Assembly (NCBI GenBank): GCA_963666285.1
Contig: OY762711.1
Direction: 5' to 3' (one strand)
Length of the DNA: 64,000 nucleotides
Source of the DNA: Sedimentisphaerales bacterium
GTDB taxonomy: Bacteria > Planctomycetota > Phycisphaerae > Sedimentisphaerales > SM23-30
The translations under genes and the position numbers were made by a program. Numbering within the stretch: position 1 is the first letter of the stretch; each line of letters begins with the position of its first letter. The notes under the pieces were generated by a model. It saw nothing but the letters and a program-made list of their open reading frames with translations. It had not been told where the DNA came from and did no database searches. Shown here piece by piece: positions 1 through 9,984 of the stretch.

Positions 1-2
1 TT

Positions 3-191
3 GCAATTTGTAAAGGCAAGCCTGCCCCTATTACCCCCAGTTTCCTCAAAGCATCTGAAGCAGCAAAATATTTGAGCGTCAGCCTGAATACATTTTATTT
101 AATGCGAAAAAGCGGAAAAGTCAAGGCCGTAGAAATATCCCCCGGCCTTAAAAGATATAAGCGTTCTGACCTGGACAGTCTTGGTAATTAA
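3..191 (+). CDS. Excisionase-like HTH_17 DNA-binding protein (5' truncated)
   Basis: Manual frame-3 translation: ...FLKASEAAKYLSVSLNTFYLMRKSGKVKAVEISPGLKRYKRSDLD, the Xis/MerR-like pattern. Confidence 0.85.
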   Translation, partial: AICKGKPAPITPSFLKASEAAKYLSVSLNTFYLMRKSGKVKAVEISPGLKRYKRSDLDSLGN

Positions 192-253
192 ACAGCAAAC
201 TAAGGATGGTTATTATCCGGCAAGGATGCCGGGCTATTTTACAGGAGCTAAAG

Positions 254-757
254 ATGAATACATATTATGCAATCGGTGATTTATTCAAGTGTGCTGCATT
301 ACAGAAAAAGATAGATGTAATTGCAGAACAAAACGAGGGTGAATTTCCAGAAGAATTACTAACAGAACTATTTTACGCACAGACTCAAAGTATTGATTCA
401 TTGCAAGAACTAGGCGGCTTTGTTAAATACCTGGAAGCCAGACAAAACATGATAGCAGATCGCATAAAGGAATTAAGAGAGCTAAAAGATAAAGAAGACA
501 GGCTTATACAGCGTGTAAAACAGGCTCTAACTGATTTCCTTATAGTGAACGGTAAAACGGTAGCCGGTGAATATACTTTCTCATTACGCAAATCTGAAGC
601 CGTTAATGTTCCTGATATTACTACCCTGCCGTCTGAATACGTCAAAGTAAAGGTCGAAAAGTCCGCAGATAAAACCGCTATCAAAAAGGCTATTAAATCA
701 GGTCTGGAAATCCCCGGTGCAGAATTAGAAACAAAACAGAATGTGCAAATCAAGTAA
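254..757 (+). CDS. Siphovirus Gp157 family protein
   Basis: Coiled coil then FSLRKSEAV...LPSEY...ADKTAIKKAIKSGLEIPGAEL; start chosen after GGAG RBS. Confidence 0.9.
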   Translation: MNTYYAIGDLFKCAALQKKIDVIAEQNEGEFPEELLTELFYAQTQSIDSLQELGGFVKYLEARQNMIADRIKELRELKDKEDRLIQRVKQALTDFLIVNGKTVAGEYTFSLRKSEAVNVPDITTLPSEYVKVKVEKSADKTAIKKAIKSGLEIPGAELETKQNVQIK

Positions 758-778
758 TCAGATCGGAACGGAGTCATA

Positions 779-1471
779 ATGTCAGCAATAAAGAAATTAT
801 CAGCAATAAGGGCTGAACTAAAAGTCCCTAAAAATCAATGGAATGATTTTAGTAAGTTCAAATATCGAAATCTTGAAGATATCCAGGAAGCGTTAAAACC
901 GCTTGAGCAGGCACATAACGCAATAACTGTAATAACCTACGACATTCATCAAATCGGCGACAGGTACTACGTCAGGGCTAAAGCAGAACTGTTCTGTCTC
1001 GATGAAGGTGATTCTGTATTTGTAACAGCGGAGGCAAGGGAAACAGAAGAAAGACCCAAGTTTGACGCTTCACAATTAACCGGCTCTGCCTCTTCTTATG
1101 CCGGTAAATATGCTTTAGGTGGTTTGTTCGGTTTAGATGACAGTAAAGACGCAGATAGCCAGGAACCGCCAAAAGACCAGAACAAAAAACAACAAGGTAA
1201 GCAGCAGAATAAATCCAAACAGCAGCCAAAACAGCAGGAACAAACATCAAAGGAACAAAAGTTCTATGATTCGCTGAAAACTTCGATTGATGAGCTTGCT
1301 GGTGTTGACCTTGTAAAAATAGATTATGACGACAAAAAGCTGGAAGCAGCAGCCAAGAAAGCAAAGCAGGCAATAGTCGAAAAAGGCAAGAAAGCAAACA
1401 TTGCCAGTATTGCACAATACATATTTTCTGCTATTGGCATAACGGAGATAGGGAATGTTGCTACGGTTTAG
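779..1471 (+). CDS. ERF family single-strand annealing protein
   Basis: LKVPKNQWNDFSKFKYRNLEDI and GSASSYAGKYALGGLFGLDD motifs. Confidence 0.92.
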   Translation: MSAIKKLSAIRAELKVPKNQWNDFSKFKYRNLEDIQEALKPLEQAHNAITVITYDIHQIGDRYYVRAKAELFCLDEGDSVFVTAEARETEERPKFDASQLTGSASSYAGKYALGGLFGLDDSKDADSQEPPKDQNKKQQGKQQNKSKQQPKQQEQTSKEQKFYDSLKTSIDELAGVDLVKIDYDDKKLEAAAKKAKQAIVEKGKKANIASIAQYIFSAIGITEIGNVATV

Positions 1472-1856
1472 GCGTATTGGTGAAAAGGTCGCAGGCGATT
1501 GGAGCGGGCTTAAACGAGCGATAGACCTATTCCCCGATTGTATAGTTGAAGTTCGGAAATACGACAAGCAGCGTGAAATATCCAAGCAGCAAATGGCATA
1601 CTTGCACGCTGTAGTATTTCCGGCTTTAGCTGAATACATGGGCGTATCTGAGCTAATGGCAGAACTAATCCTTAAAAAGAAATGCGGCGAGCAGTGGTTT
1701 GTCAAAACCCTTAACCGGGAAAAGTTCATCATAAGCAAAACAGAACTGTCAACAAAACAAACAACTGTTTGGATGGAAAACATTTGGGATTTTATGGAGG
1801 CTATCGGTTGCCCTGTCCCACCACCAGATAAAGACTGGAAATCAGTATTAGAATGA
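1455..1856 (+). CDS. Hypothetical protein, possibly NinB/Orf-like recombination protein
   Basis: RE.S.QQ.AYLH...F..LAE.G and SKTELST...W..I pattern; position after ERF. Confidence 0.5.
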   Translation: MLLRFRRIGEKVAGDWSGLKRAIDLFPDCIVEVRKYDKQREISKQQMAYLHAVVFPALAEYMGVSELMAELILKKKCGEQWFVKTLNREKFIISKTELSTKQTTVWMENIWDFMEAIGCPVPPPDKDWKSVLE

Positions 1857-1885
1857 AATCTTAGCTATTAACAAAGGAAAATGAA

Positions 1886-2185
1886 ATGATTAACACTACC
1901 CCGGAAATAGAGGCAAAACATAGAGAAGTCAAAGAATTAAGAAAAAGGCTTTTAGATGTTATTGGTGAAACTGATTTTACTATTGCCATGCTTGCATTAG
2001 CAGAAGCAACAAGCACTAAAGTAATAGAAATTCGGGACGACCTTCTGGCAAATCCATCTTATGAAAAGCTACTAATAGCTAATTTCACAATGGTTGATTG
2101 GGTAAATATTCTAAAACCTGATATTGACTTGGCAAATGGCATCAAAGAAAAACCATTTCCTGATATTACGCTGGAGGTCAAATGA
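1886..2185 (+). CDS. Hypothetical protein
   Basis: ORF with RBS, overlaps ssb start. Confidence 0.6.
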   Translation: MINTTPEIEAKHREVKELRKRLLDVIGETDFTIAMLALAEATSTKVIEIRDDLLANPSYEKLLIANFTMVDWVNILKPDIDLANGIKEKPFPDITLEVK

Positions 2186-2580
2186 GCAGTTATAACAAAA
2201 TAATTCTTTTAGGCAATCTAACAAGAGACCCGCAATTAAACTACCTTCAATCTGGTATGCAGGTTTGCGAGTTCGGTATCGCCTGCAATCACAAGTATAA
2301 AAGCAATGGTCAGGACAGAGAAGAAACAATGTTTATTGACTGTTGTGTCTTTGGTGCAAAAGCAGAAACCGTCAATCAGTATTTCAGCAAAGGTAAACCC
2401 ATATTGATAGAAGGCAGGCTAAAGCTTGAAAGATGGCAGGATCAGCAAGGTAATCAACGCAGCAAACATAAGGTAATGATAGATAACTTCTCTTTTGTGG
2501 GCGGCGGCAATGCACAGAACCAGGCCCAAAACAATAATGATAACTACGATGTCAATGATGACGATGAGATTCCATTTTAA
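2182..2580 (+). CDS. ssb: Single-stranded DNA-binding protein
   Basis: NKIILLGNLTRDP, OB-fold signature, acidic DDDEIPF tail. Confidence 0.97.
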   Translation: MSSYNKIILLGNLTRDPQLNYLQSGMQVCEFGIACNHKYKSNGQDREETMFIDCCVFGAKAETVNQYFSKGKPILIEGRLKLERWQDQQGNQRSKHKVMIDNFSFVGGGNAQNQAQNNNDNYDVNDDDEIPF

Positions 2581-2592
2581 GGAGTAAAAGAG

Positions 2593-3471
2593 ATGGCAAA
2601 AACAGAAATAGTAAAAATTGAAACACGTTTCAAACGTGCAAATAAATCACATGAACTTGCAGAGAAGAGTAAAGAAAAGACATTTCAGAATATGAAAAAA
2701 GTTTTGCAGTATGCCGTTGATGCAGGCAGAGAGCTAAGTGAAATAAAGCGTGAAATTCCACATGGGGAATGGGGTAGTGCTCTTTCTGAACACTTTACAG
2801 GATCGGAACGGTCAGCAAGAAATTATATCAAAGTTTATGAGGCATGGGGAAATGATGAGCTTCCAGAAGGTTGCACACTTACAGAAGCTTATAAGCTACT
2901 AAGTGAAAAAAGCGTGTGCAAATCGGCAACTGTTTCCGATAACGGCAAAAATAAAGGACTTACAGACGAAAACATAGAACCAGAAGATGATTTGCTTGAT
3001 GACATTGAGGGCCTGGAAGATGAGGAAACAGAAGAATCAACAGATGATGACTTTGAATATGAACAGCCTAAAGTTGTTAAGAAAACTGATGCTGTTGTAG
3101 TTGATAAGCCTTCTAAAGATAGATTTGGTCAGAAAGTTCCGGCAAAGTTGAATGACGTATTTGCAACAGATACGCAATATAACCAGTGGCGAAATCAGAT
3201 AAGCGATGTTAAAAGCGATATGATAGAGGTCGGCGGTCAGCCAGGTTTTGAAAGAATAGAAGAAAAGTTTATCAAGGCAAGATTTGAGAATCTTTTCGAG
3301 CTTATCAGGATTGCGCGGCCCTATTGTGTTTGTCCGGTATGTAGCGGTGACGGTGGTGTTGGTAGTGTATGTGGTTATTGCAAAGGTAACGGCTGGATGA
3401 CAAAACAGGTCTTTCATGCGACACCGGAAGAGTTCAAAACCGGGCTTAAAAACTATAAGGTTAAGAAATGA
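2593..3471 (+). CDS. DUF3102-like domain protein with C-terminal CxxCxGxG zinc finger
   Basis: AGRELSEIKREIPHGEW...SERSARNY; CPVCSGDGG..CGYCKGNG. Confidence 0.7.
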   Translation: MAKTEIVKIETRFKRANKSHELAEKSKEKTFQNMKKVLQYAVDAGRELSEIKREIPHGEWGSALSEHFTGSERSARNYIKVYEAWGNDELPEGCTLTEAYKLLSEKSVCKSATVSDNGKNKGLTDENIEPEDDLLDDIEGLEDEETEESTDDDFEYEQPKVVKKTDAVVVDKPSKDRFGQKVPAKLNDVFATDTQYNQWRNQISDVKSDMIEVGGQPGFERIEEKFIKARFENLFELIRIARPYCVCPVCSGDGGVGSVCGYCKGNGWMTKQVFHATPEEFKTGLKNYKVKK

Positions 3472-3597
3472 CGTGTATATGTGGTAATTGCAAACGGCGG
3501 GTTTCCATAGTTGATTTAGAACCAATTAAGATTAGCGGTAAAGAACTGCAAATATGCCCTATGTGTCGTAAATGGGTTTTTAATATCGAGAGAAGAG

Positions 3598-5262
3598 ATG
3601 AAGGCGAGAAAATACCAACAAGAGGCGATAGATAACGCTTTTGATATATTCAAAACAAAGCAGTCTGCACTTGCGGTAATGGCTACCGGTCTGGGAAAGA
3701 CGATTACTTTTTCCCATGCCATAAGCCGCCGTCATAATGAAACAGGCAAAAGAGCTTTAGTTCTGGCCCATCGTGAGGAACTAATTAACCAGGCAGCGGA
3801 CAAAATAGAACGTGCTACAGGTTTACATTCAGATATTGAAATGGCTTCAAACTATGCACAGACATACGGTGCATTTATATCTGAGGTTGTAGTGGCAACG
3901 GTGCAAACCCTTTGTCGTGACCATAGATTAGAACGCTTTAATCCGCATGATTTCGGCCTTATTGTAACAGATGAGGCACATAGGGCCGCCGCTGCTTCAT
4001 ACCGCAAGATATATAATTATTTTCTCGATAGCAATCCTGATTGTAAACATTTGGGCGTTACGGCAACACCAGACAGAACAGATGAGCAGGCTTTAGGGCA
4101 AATATATGATGACGTTGCTATTGACTATAGTATTTCTGACGGAATTACAGACGGCTATTTGGTTGATGTTGAACAGCAAGTTGTAGAGGTTGTAGGTCTT
4201 GACTTATCTAGCTGTAGAACCAAGCTCGGCGATTTGGCTTCAAGTGACCTTAACGCCATATTAGAGCATGAAAAAATAATGCACGAAATGGCTATCCCTA
4301 CAATGGAAATTGCCGGGGATAGGAAAACGCTTGTTTTTGCCAGTTCAGTTACCCAGGCAGAAGGATTAAAAGAGATATTCAACCGATACCAGCCTGAATC
4401 GACAGAATTTGTATGTGGTAAAACGCCAAAGGATGTCAGGCGTGATATTGTTGAACGGTATTATAAAGGTGAAATACGCCGTCTAGTGAATGTTGGCTGC
4501 TTTACTGAGGGCTTTGATGATCCAGGTGTCGAAGTTATAGCCAACGGCAGACCAACTAAAAGCCGGTCATTATATGCTCAGATATTCGGCAGAATGACAC
4601 GCCCGGCAGAATGTATCGCCCATGAATTAAACTATCTGGAAACTGCACTGCAACGGCGAGAACTTATTGCTAACTCAATTAAGCCTAAAGCCTTAATGAT
4701 TGACTTGGTTGGCAATTCAGGCCGTCATAAACTTGTTACTGCTACTGATATATTAGGTGGTAAATACCCCGACGAGGTAATAGAACTTGCAGCAGAAAAC
4801 GCCAAACGTAAGGGCAAGCCTGAAAATGTAATGACAGAACTTGCCAGGGCTGAAGCTGAAATAGCACACCGGCACAGGAAAGCATTAGAAGCCGCAGAAC
4901 GTGAACAAATCAAGTTTCAGGCTAAATATTACGCTGTTGATGTTTCGCCTTTTGATGTACTGGATATTACCCCTAAACGCATTCCAGGTTATATCACTAA
5001 AAAGCCAATGTCCACCAAGCAAAGGGAAATGCTAGAAAGATGGGGAATCCCCAATATTGACCAGATCGATAACAGCATACACGCATCACAGGTAATTGAT
5101 GCAGCACCGCCGTCAGATAAACAGGCTTATAGATTACGGCAAGTTGGGATAGACCCATCAAGCGTTAATAGAATTACTGCTAATAAGATTATGGGTAGTT
5201 TGGCTAAAAATGGCTGGAAAATGAATGACTATGTAAGAGGGCTTGTTAAGGATGTCGGATAA
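3598..5262 (+). CDS. SF2 DEAH-box helicase (Irc3/ResIII-like)
   Basis: MATGLGKT, DEAH, TATP, TEGFDDP, QIFGRMTR. Confidence 0.95.
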   Translation: MKARKYQQEAIDNAFDIFKTKQSALAVMATGLGKTITFSHAISRRHNETGKRALVLAHREELINQAADKIERATGLHSDIEMASNYAQTYGAFISEVVVATVQTLCRDHRLERFNPHDFGLIVTDEAHRAAAASYRKIYNYFLDSNPDCKHLGVTATPDRTDEQALGQIYDDVAIDYSISDGITDGYLVDVEQQVVEVVGLDLSSCRTKLGDLASSDLNAILEHEKIMHEMAIPTMEIAGDRKTLVFASSVTQAEGLKEIFNRYQPESTEFVCGKTPKDVRRDIVERYYKGEIRRLVNVGCFTEGFDDPGVEVIANGRPTKSRSLYAQIFGRMTRPAECIAHELNYLETALQRRELIANSIKPKALMIDLVGNSGRHKLVTATDILGGKYPDEVIELAAENAKRKGKPENVMTELARAEAEIAHRHRKALEAAEREQIKFQAKYYAVDVSPFDVLDITPKRIPGYITKKPMSTKQREMLERWGIPNIDQIDNSIHASQVIDAAPPSDKQAYRLRQVGIDPSSVNRITANKIMGSLAKNGWKMNDYVRGLVKDVG

Positions 5263-6133
5263 CTGGATTGGAATAGAAAAGGCCCGCAAGTTATGTCCGG
5301 TTTGTGGTAAAAATGACTGGTGTCAGATAACCATTGATGGCTCTACTGCTCGCTGTATGCGCGTTGAATCAGATTGGCTCAAGATTGGCAAAGATGGTTC
5401 TTATGGCTGGCTGCACGTAATTACAGACAGTACAGAGGTAAAGCCTGTTGTTAAGCAGACAATAAATAAGCCGCCTAAACTACGCCCTGAACGCTGGTTT
5501 GAGCTGGCTATGGGTTATCGTGCTGGATGTGACTTATCGCCGCTAAGTACAGATTTGGGCGTGTCTGTGGCAAGCCTGGAACGCATGGAAACAGGCAGCG
5601 GATTAATAAAGTATAAGCCAGATCAACCCGCCCAACAATGTTGGACGTTTCCAATGCGAGACGGCAACGAAAGCATTATTGGTATCAGAACCAGACATGC
5701 AGGTAGAAAGGCAAGTTACCCCGGCAGTGAAAACGGCCTGTTTATCCCAGATGAAATATGCAGTAGTGAACTTGTCATTGTAGAAGGTGCAACAGACCCG
5801 CCCGCATTACTTGATATTGGTATTGAAGGCGTGATAGGCAGAGCTAATTGTAATAGTGGTATTAACCATATCCAGTGTTATATCAAGCGTACCAAACCAA
5901 AGAAAATAATCATAGTTACTGACAATGATGAGCCGAAAAAGCGTCCTGATGGTTCTGTATGGTTTCCCGGTCAGGATGGTTCATTAAGGCTTGCAAAGGA
6001 ATTACCTTATAAAGATATACCTGTTTGCATTATCAAACCTATTCGCTGTAAAGATGTTCGAGAATGGGTACAGAATGGATTAACAAGACAATTGTTTTAT
6101 AGCGTTGTAAAAAACACCAGACGCTTTTTATAA
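5252..6133 (+). CDS. Primase (Zn finger + TOPRIM)
   Basis: CPVCGKNDWC, VEGATD, TDND, KDVREW. Confidence 0.88.
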   Translation: MSDNWIGIEKARKLCPVCGKNDWCQITIDGSTARCMRVESDWLKIGKDGSYGWLHVITDSTEVKPVVKQTINKPPKLRPERWFELAMGYRAGCDLSPLSTDLGVSVASLERMETGSGLIKYKPDQPAQQCWTFPMRDGNESIIGIRTRHAGRKASYPGSENGLFIPDEICSSELVIVEGATDPPALLDIGIEGVIGRANCNSGINHIQCYIKRTKPKKIIIVTDNDEPKKRPDGSVWFPGQDGSLRLAKELPYKDIPVCIIKPIRCKDVREWVQNGLTRQLFYSVVKNTRRFL

Positions 6134-6339
6134 GCTCGTAAGCCTCAACCTGTAAAGGTCATGCAGAGCAAAAGACAACTTATTACAGCGGTGATTTCGA
6201 CCGTTCAACCTTGCGAGGTATCGAAATAGCAGAAGTTTGATTACACCGTCTATCTGCTTAATAAAACAGGCGATGAGCTGAATTATGTATCTGTTAATGT
6301 CGTGATGATATTTTCAGGAAAAAGTCGTGTAGGCTACTA

Positions 6340-6518
6340 GCGTTACCGCCTGCACGCCTTAAAGGTAACGCAACTTTAAGCACTCCAGCGTATCAGGCAG
6401 TGTCAGCGGTAATGGTGAAATGATACGCCGCACGAAAGCGACGGCTCGGCTCCGGTAGAGCAGAATTTTAGCATGTGCAGTCCCTATCCTGGGACGCAGT
6501 GCGCTCCGACTCTCACCA
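6340..6518 (+). ncRNA. Candidate structured RNA/DNA element in the primase-HNH intergenic region
   Basis: GC-rich non-coding stretch with several perfect stems (GCGTTACC/GGTAACGC, TGGTGA/TCACCA, GCCG/CGGC, GCTC/GAGC, GTCCC/GGGAC). Confidence 0.4.
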
Positions 6519-6566
6519 ATAGAGCATTTAATATTAACAACTATTTTAAGTAAAGAGATTTATATT

Positions 6567-7031
6567 ATGTCTAAACAACAAACAAAAAAAACTATTAAAA
6601 AGCATTGTGACCAGCTCTGGTCAATGATTGTACGGTTTCCCGGCAGGTGTGAAATATGTGGTAGTTCGACCAAGCAGCTACACGCCCACCATTTAATATC
6701 AAGAGAGCGGATACACTATCGTTATGACCTTAGTAACGGTGTTTGTCTTTGTGCAACCTGCCATGAGTTTAGTAATGATTGTGCTGCACATTCAAGTAAT
6801 ACCGCAGGTGTTGAAAACTTTATTGAATGGCTGAAAGGCTCAGAACATGGTCAATGGTGGAATGACAATAAAACCCAAAGGCCGTTAGAGACTTATAACC
6901 TTGCCTGGTATCAACAGCAGAAAGATTATTTGATGAAAGTCCTTGCAGATAAGTTGGGCTATAAGGGTAAACATACTTTATCTGGTCTTAGGAAGGCATT
7001 TAGAGATAGGGATAACGTATATGGCTATTGA
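6567..7031 (+). CDS. NinG/Rap-like HNH endonuclease
   Basis: CEICG...LHAHH...RYDLSNGVCLCATCH. Confidence 0.85.
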   Translation: MSKQQTKKTIKKHCDQLWSMIVRFPGRCEICGSSTKQLHAHHLISRERIHYRYDLSNGVCLCATCHEFSNDCAAHSSNTAGVENFIEWLKGSEHGQWWNDNKTQRPLETYNLAWYQQQKDYLMKVLADKLGYKGKHTLSGLRKAFRDRDNVYGY

Positions 7032-7221
7032 AAGCTGGGACGACATTAAACCGGGCAAGTGCAGAGTAAAACAAAGCGAGTTTCGGAAAAATGCCGTTCA
7101 GCTTATTCAAATTATTGAGGCTATGCCGGTAGATTGCCAGATGAGGTCTAACGGTATGGCATGTATTAAGAACATGATAGAACTGTACGAAGGAAGACAG
7201 TTAAAAGCTAAATCTAAGTAA
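7021..7221 (+). CDS. Hypothetical protein
   Basis: Short ORF coupled to neighbours. Confidence 0.5.
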   Translation: MAIESWDDIKPGKCRVKQSEFRKNAVQLIQIIEAMPVDCQMRSNGMACIKNMIELYEGRQLKAKSK

Positions 7222-7233
7222 GGAGTACAAAAG

Positions 7234-7695
7234 ATGAAAGCAAAAAGTAATGTAATTTTGGTATTGGTAGTATTGATGATGATTGCGCTGGTGGGCTGTG
7301 GCAGCCTGCTTGACAGGGTTACACCTTCAACTATTCCCAAACGTGCGGCAACTTATGCAAAGATGCCTGATAAAGAAGGTGTGCAAAGCCTATATGACGC
7401 TGAAATCATCAAACGTGAACTTGGCATTGTCCATCGTGATAATCAGCTTGCCTTTATGCGGCAAATTGAAGATGACAAGCTTGCTTACGATGATGCCAGG
7501 GTGATAGTAGAAAACAATATTGCTGATTCAAGAGAACTGCAAAGCACTGTATTAAATGGCGTTGATATGATACCCGGTGTCAATTCAATGTTGTATGGTA
7601 TGGGCGGCTTATTGGTCGGTAGGAATTTTCTAAAGCGTCCTGGAGATCTAACTAAAGAGGAAGCGGCAAGCCAGCCCACCGAGCAAAAGGCATAA
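7234..7695 (+). CDS. Predicted lipoprotein
   Basis: Basic N-terminus, hydrophobic stretch, lipobox LVGC; AAGGAG RBS. Confidence 0.8.
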   Translation: MKAKSNVILVLVVLMMIALVGCGSLLDRVTPSTIPKRAATYAKMPDKEGVQSLYDAEIIKRELGIVHRDNQLAFMRQIEDDKLAYDDARVIVENNIADSRELQSTVLNGVDMIPGVNSMLYGMGGLLVGRNFLKRPGDLTKEEAASQPTEQKA

Positions 7696-7761
7696 GGAAA
7701 GAGAATTTTAATATTGTTCTGCCCGTTTCGGCGGGCAGAACATTTGCAAAGGATTGCGGGA

Positions 7762-8427
7762 ATGGATTATTTAGATAAGTTTGAAATTTCAGGCAGAGCC
7801 AATATCACTATATACAATATGGATTGTATGGCTTATTTGCGGGAATGCCAGGATAAACAATTCGACCTTGCCATTGTTGACCCACCTTATAATCTGCAAT
7901 GTTTTACAAAGCCACGTAGCCCAAAAGATACCAGATTTAAGTCTATAGGTAATAAGCTGCAATGGAATAACAATAAACCTGATGAAAGCTACTTTCAAAA
8001 GCTTTTTAATGCCAGTGCAAATCAAATTATATGGGGTGCAAATAATTTCGAGTTACCAATAACAGAATACTTCTGTGTTTGGGATAAAGAACAGACGGTC
8101 GATAATTTTTCTTCTGCCGAGTATGCCTGGGTAAGTTTAGGTCTAAAGATGCCTGCAAAGGTGTTTAGATACAGCATTCATAAAAACAATAGAAATAAGT
8201 GTAAGTTTCATCCCACACAAAAGCCGGTTGATTTATATAAATGGCTTCTGGACAAATACGCAAAAGACGGTCAGTTGATATTAGATACCCATCTTGGTAG
8301 TGGTTCAATAGCTATTGCATGTTGGGATTTAGGCTTTGACTTAGTGGCTTGTGAACTTGATACGGATTATTTTCATGCTGCTTGTGAACGATTGAGCAAT
8401 CACACAAAACAAGGGCAGCTATTTTAA
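7762..8427 (+). CDS. DNA N6-adenine methyltransferase (beta class)
   Basis: DPPY, HPTQKP, LDTHLGSGS. Confidence 0.93.
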   Translation: MDYLDKFEISGRANITIYNMDCMAYLRECQDKQFDLAIVDPPYNLQCFTKPRSPKDTRFKSIGNKLQWNNNKPDESYFQKLFNASANQIIWGANNFELPITEYFCVWDKEQTVDNFSSAEYAWVSLGLKMPAKVFRYSIHKNNRNKCKFHPTQKPVDLYKWLLDKYAKDGQLILDTHLGSGSIAIACWDLGFDLVACELDTDYFHAACERLSNHTKQGQLF

Positions 8428-8436
8428 GGAGTAAAG

Positions 8437-8793
8437 ATGAAAAGACTAATATATTTGGCCTCTCCGTATTCGCATGAATCGGAAGCTATTAAAGAAAAGC
8501 GTTTTGAACTGGTTTGTGAATATGCAGCGGGGTTAATGAAACAGGGATTGTTTGTGTATAGCCCTATAGCACATACTCACCCGATATCCCGCTATGGCTT
8601 GCCAGGTGATTGGGATTTCTGGGAAAGTTATGATACTTTGATGATAAGTAAATGTGATGAGATAAAAGTGCTGCAAATCCCCGGTTGGCAAGAGTCAAAA
8701 GGTGTACAAGCAGAAATACAACTTGCTAAAGAACTGAATAAGTCAATTAGTTACATACCTATTAATAACGCAGAAAAATACAACTATGAATAA
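8437..8793 (+). CDS. DUF1937 / nucleoside deoxyribosyltransferase-like protein
   Basis: IYLASPYSH, SPIAHTH, PGWQESKGVQAEI. Confidence 0.88.
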   Translation: MKRLIYLASPYSHESEAIKEKRFELVCEYAAGLMKQGLFVYSPIAHTHPISRYGLPGDWDFWESYDTLMISKCDEIKVLQIPGWQESKGVQAEIQLAKELNKSISYIPINNAEKYNYE

Positions 8794-9556
8794 CATAATC
8801 TCGTTGAGTGGCGGCAAAGATTCAACTGCAATGCTGCTGCACATGGTAGAGCTTAATGAGCAGATTGACGAAGTAGTATTTTTTGATACAGGTTGGGAAT
8901 TTCCCCCAATGTTGAAGCATATCGACCAGTTAGAAATAGTAACCGGCCTAAATATAACCAGGTTAAAACCTGATAGGCCATTTAACTATTGGCTATTGGA
9001 TCGGCCTGTAAAAGCACGCAAAGGCCCATTAGTCGGACAGGTGCATCGGATAGGCAATGGCTGGCCTTCGCCGCTACGTCGTTGGTGTACCCGCATAAAA
9101 GTAAATACTATAGAACGGTATGTTAAAGCCAATTATGACATTAAAAAGGTTATTATGAATGTTGGCTTTGCTGCTGATGAATCACACAGGCAAACTCCTA
9201 CAATGGAATCAAAGGCATATTCATATCGATACCCGCTAATTGAATGGGGTTGGAATGAAAATAAATGTCTTACCTATTGTAAAAGCAATGGTTTTAACTG
9301 GTCTGGCTTATACGATGTATTTTACCGGGTTTCCTGTTACTGCTGTCCACTGCAAAGATTAAGCGAATTAAGAAAGTTGCGTAAATACTGCCCTGATTTA
9401 TGGGCTGATATGTTGCGTAAGGATAAGTTAATAAATAACAATATCGGATTTCATGGCTATTCGACTGTATGTGACCTGGAAAAAAGGTTTGCCGCTGAAG
9501 ACTGTCAATTGGAATTTGATTTTATGCCGGAATGTACAGAAACGGAGTTAATATGA
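8786..9556 (+). CDS. PAPS reductase family protein
   Basis: PP-loop SGGKDS, DTGWEF, RWCT, RVSCYCCP. Confidence 0.92.
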   Translation: MNNIISLSGGKDSTAMLLHMVELNEQIDEVVFFDTGWEFPPMLKHIDQLEIVTGLNITRLKPDRPFNYWLLDRPVKARKGPLVGQVHRIGNGWPSPLRRWCTRIKVNTIERYVKANYDIKKVIMNVGFAADESHRQTPTMESKAYSYRYPLIEWGWNENKCLTYCKSNGFNWSGLYDVFYRVSCYCCPLQRLSELRKLRKYCPDLWADMLRKDKLINNNIGFHGYSTVCDLEKRFAAEDCQLEFDFMPECTETELI

Positions 9557-9909
9557 TAGAACGAAAAATACATCCTGTATATCAGTTGCCAATTTCCCAG
9601 ACTGCATATTTAGCGGAAATGATAGGCACAGAGCCAATATCAAAAAATGAACTATACCTGGAAATGTTAAAGGTTTGGGATGGTATGCCGAAAAACCACT
9701 TTAATATATTACTTTCCAGGGTGATAAAGACGCTTAATGCAAAGGTAGTTAAGAATAATGTTTCTATAACATCAGAACAATTACAAGTTCTGAAAGAAGC
9801 TTATGCAATACAGCGTTTGCGTGTGATTGGCTTAATAAGGGTTGGCAAAACCGGCTATGTATCACTTACTACAATTGCGGAAATTTACAACAAACCTTAC
9901 AACAAATGA
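9553..9909 (+). CDS. Hypothetical protein
   Basis: ORF with GGAG RBS, ATGA overlap with upstream stop. Confidence 0.6.
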   Translation: MIERKIHPVYQLPISQTAYLAEMIGTEPISKNELYLEMLKVWDGMPKNHFNILLSRVIKTLNAKVVKNNVSITSEQLQVLKEAYAIQRLRVIGLIRVGKTGYVSLTTIAEIYNKPYNK

Positions 9910-9927
9910 CGGCCTTTTGTCTATTAA

Positions 9928-9978
9928 ACTCCTGTATGTGTGTTATGATTCATATATAGCAAAGACGCATACAGGAGT
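9928..9978 (+). promoter_or_regulatory. Inverted repeat sequestering the RBS of ORF 9985
   Basis: ACTCCTGTATG (9928-9938) / CATACAGGAGT (9968-9978), 11-bp perfect; right arm contains AGGAG. Confidence 0.55.
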
Positions 9979-9984
9979 ATTTTT

